Source: Lytechinus pictus (taxonomy: Eukaryota). From it: a stretch of 64,000 nucleotides of DNA. Position 1 is the first letter of the stretch. Each line of letters opens with the position of its first letter. The DNA is taken from positions 1,364,001 to 1,428,000 of the forward strand of contig NC_087251.1 of NCBI RefSeq assembly GCF_037042905.1. Direction: 5' to 3'. The notes beneath the pieces were generated by a model. It searched no databases. It was given only the letters and a program-made list of their open reading frames with translations, and had not been told where the DNA came from. A program made the translations under genes and the position numbers. Positions 61,867 through 64,000 of this stretch are shown piece by piece.

Positions 61867-63282
61867 GATCCCAAATTACTTTTAGTAGAATTACATCCCT
61901 AATGTACTTAACAATTTATCAATGTTCAAATTTCCTGCTTAGGGACAGAATATTATTTTCTCAAATGAACCCGGAGAATAAGAAGTAAAATAAAAATTTG
62001 TTCACCCGAGCGCATAGGTTTGTAAAATAATGCCTGATACTGTTCAAGGATGCTGCAAGATAAATCCAACCAAAACACAGAAACGATAACCTTCCATTCC
62101 CTGCTTCCATTCCCCCGAAACATCATAATCTCCAGAAAGAAGAACATTACTTATTACTTCGAGGTTACATGATATTATACCGTATACGTGTTTGAGAATT
62201 GATACTGCTTTGGCTAATCAAAAGGCTTATAAATGGAAATCAATTTAAGAAAGCTAAATTAATATTTGTTGCTGTCGGTTTAATGATGATGATTGTACTT
62301 ATTCTTTTAACACTGAATACGAATGTATAAGCGCTTCGTTACGCCGGTTTGGCACAGCTTTAGTGATAAGGCGCTCAAAATTGATAATATTACACTATTC
62401 TATAGGTTTATTTACGTTATGGTATCCTTTAATGTAAGATAGTGGATATTTATCTTTCTAGAGATGTCTTGCGTCCTATACACTGAGTCGCTTGTTGTGC
62501 GTTTATCATTGATGCAATCATGTACGAGAAGATGGAGGGCCAATAAAGAGGTGAAATTCAGAATACTAATAGGAAAGAACATGTATGTTTAGCTTTCAAA
62601 CGATCTTGAAAGAGACAAGAGTATTTCCCTTGGGGTCTACCTAAGTTCGCTGTTGGTTGTCTAATTTTCTTCATGATCACTCAAAGGAGCTTCGACAAAG
62701 AATGAGAGAAAAACAAATATCGGAGGGATAAAATGCACCAAGTCTGTCCTAACAAGAGAGATTTTATAGGCCTGCAACTTTTACGATTGTATTAGTTTAC
62801 ACAAATTGTTTGTTCCCATGCTCCATACTGATTTAATTTGGACATATTAATAAGCGATAATAATTATTATTCAACCAAAATACTCTCGGAAGCATTCGTT
62901 GGTGAATCCTTGATTGTATTAAAAGTATACATTAGCAAGTAAAATAAAGATTGAAGGAAATCCATGTCAAGCAAATCTTTCTGGTCCCTTAATTTGAGAG
63001 AAATAATAAGAAACGATTCGGCCTATGCAACACAGGAATCTTTTACTCAACAAGAAATAATACCAAGTTTAGGGGACGGAGAGAGAGCGAGTGAAGATGG
63101 AATGAGAGAAGAAAGAGAACATAAGCATCGCATCACTGGTATATTGCATGAGTTGGTCTCACTGATGAGAATCTCTTTAACCGATGGTGCCCTTCCACTC
63201 CAAGTCTCTATAGCAATTCATCATCATGTCATCATGCTAATGATCCATAATCAAAGACAATGGTAATATAATTACCGAACTG

Positions 63283-63332
63283 ATCATAGCTGGAGCAACA
63301 GGCGAGGCGTGACCTGTTGCTCCAGCTATGAT
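63283..63332. repeat. Perfect 20-bp-stem hairpin
   Basis: ATCATAGCTGGAGCAACAGG - 10 nt - CCTGTTGCTCCAGCTATGAT. Confidence 0.85.
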
Positions 63333-63777
63333 AATATTCTTCATAGTGGTAGGCACCGATGACTATTATGCTCCGACGTCAATATCCCAGGCGAAGACCA
63401 TACACAGCAACACTAATAAGCTGCGAAATTTCTGACGATATTTTGCCCCGATCTCCCTAAAAATATGGTTTGTTACTAATGAAACATGACAACATAGGCC
63501 TACATTGCTCCATGACGTTCATATTATGTATTTATCTTCCGTCACCGAGACTCTGGCGGCTATTACTCCCAATACACGACAGGAATGGGTCCGACGACAA
63601 TGATCAGAACATTTATTTAATCAATCTCTGGCGATAAATTCTCTCGCAACGCTAGATTGCTGGAATTCAGAAATAATTAGGCGAATGCATGCAGCATTGA
63701 TGTTTCTAGCATTTTTCTCTGATGGGAATCCACAACATAAACATTAATTAATTTATACACTGTTTAGCTAGGCTGTT

Positions 63778-63905
63778 GCACCACAAAATGTCGACCCTGC
63801 ACAATATTTGCGAATTTTGACACCACAAATTGTCACCCCTGCACAAATTGTCGCCTTATTTAGGCGACAATTTGTGGAGGAGGGGACACCACAAATTGTC
63901 ACCCC
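63778..63905. repeat. Short direct and inverted repeats (cacaaattgtc), probably transposon subterminal sequence
   Basis: cacaaattgtc occurs three times, plus inverted gacaatttgtg. Confidence 0.6.
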
Positions 63906-64000
63906 ATTTCACTTAACACAACAAACAAAACAGGTCATGTAGGGTTGCAAATGCAATTAGACCATTTGGTTATTAGACGAATTGGTCATTAGACCAAATG

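Noticed and set aside
1504..62147. Remaining short ORFs in the six-frame track
   Set aside because: Phe/Leu/Ile/Cys-rich translations expected from AT-rich non-coding DNA or repeats; no transposase or other domain recognised
62964..63266. 100-aa ORF
   Set aside because: No recognisable domain or convincing splice context

Overview
AT-rich eukaryotic (metazoan) genomic DNA. The repeat landscape resembles sea urchin or other marine invertebrate genomes (inference). The window holds the 3' two-thirds of one + strand multi-exon gene, a phospholipase C-beta (PLCB1/2/3-like, Drosophila Plc21C type). The PH, EF-hand and X-box exons lie upstream of the window. I reconstructed one open frame by hand from the X-Y linker through the Y catalytic box, C2 domain, Galpha-q-binding helix-turn-helix and coiled-coil C-terminal domain to a stop at 47115 (C-terminus ...ESTKL). 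The main observations are these. (1) At least 10 short, frame-neutral (phase 1-1) Ser/Thr/Arg-rich candidate exons are spread over 22 kb inside the autoinhibitory X-Y linker and fall into sequence families. (2) Two more frame-neutral exons lie in the CTD linker, one with a Raf-like 14-3-3 motif. (3) A U12-type minor intron contains a second perfect U12 donor. (4) There is one GC-AG intron. (5) Two decayed tandem copies of the C2/Galpha-q-binding exon sit in the intron before it. Introns and the downstream region carry many non-autonomous DNA transposons, an L2-type LINE fragment and two minisatellites. All exon calls rest on splice signals, frame and protein motifs only; no transcript data were available.
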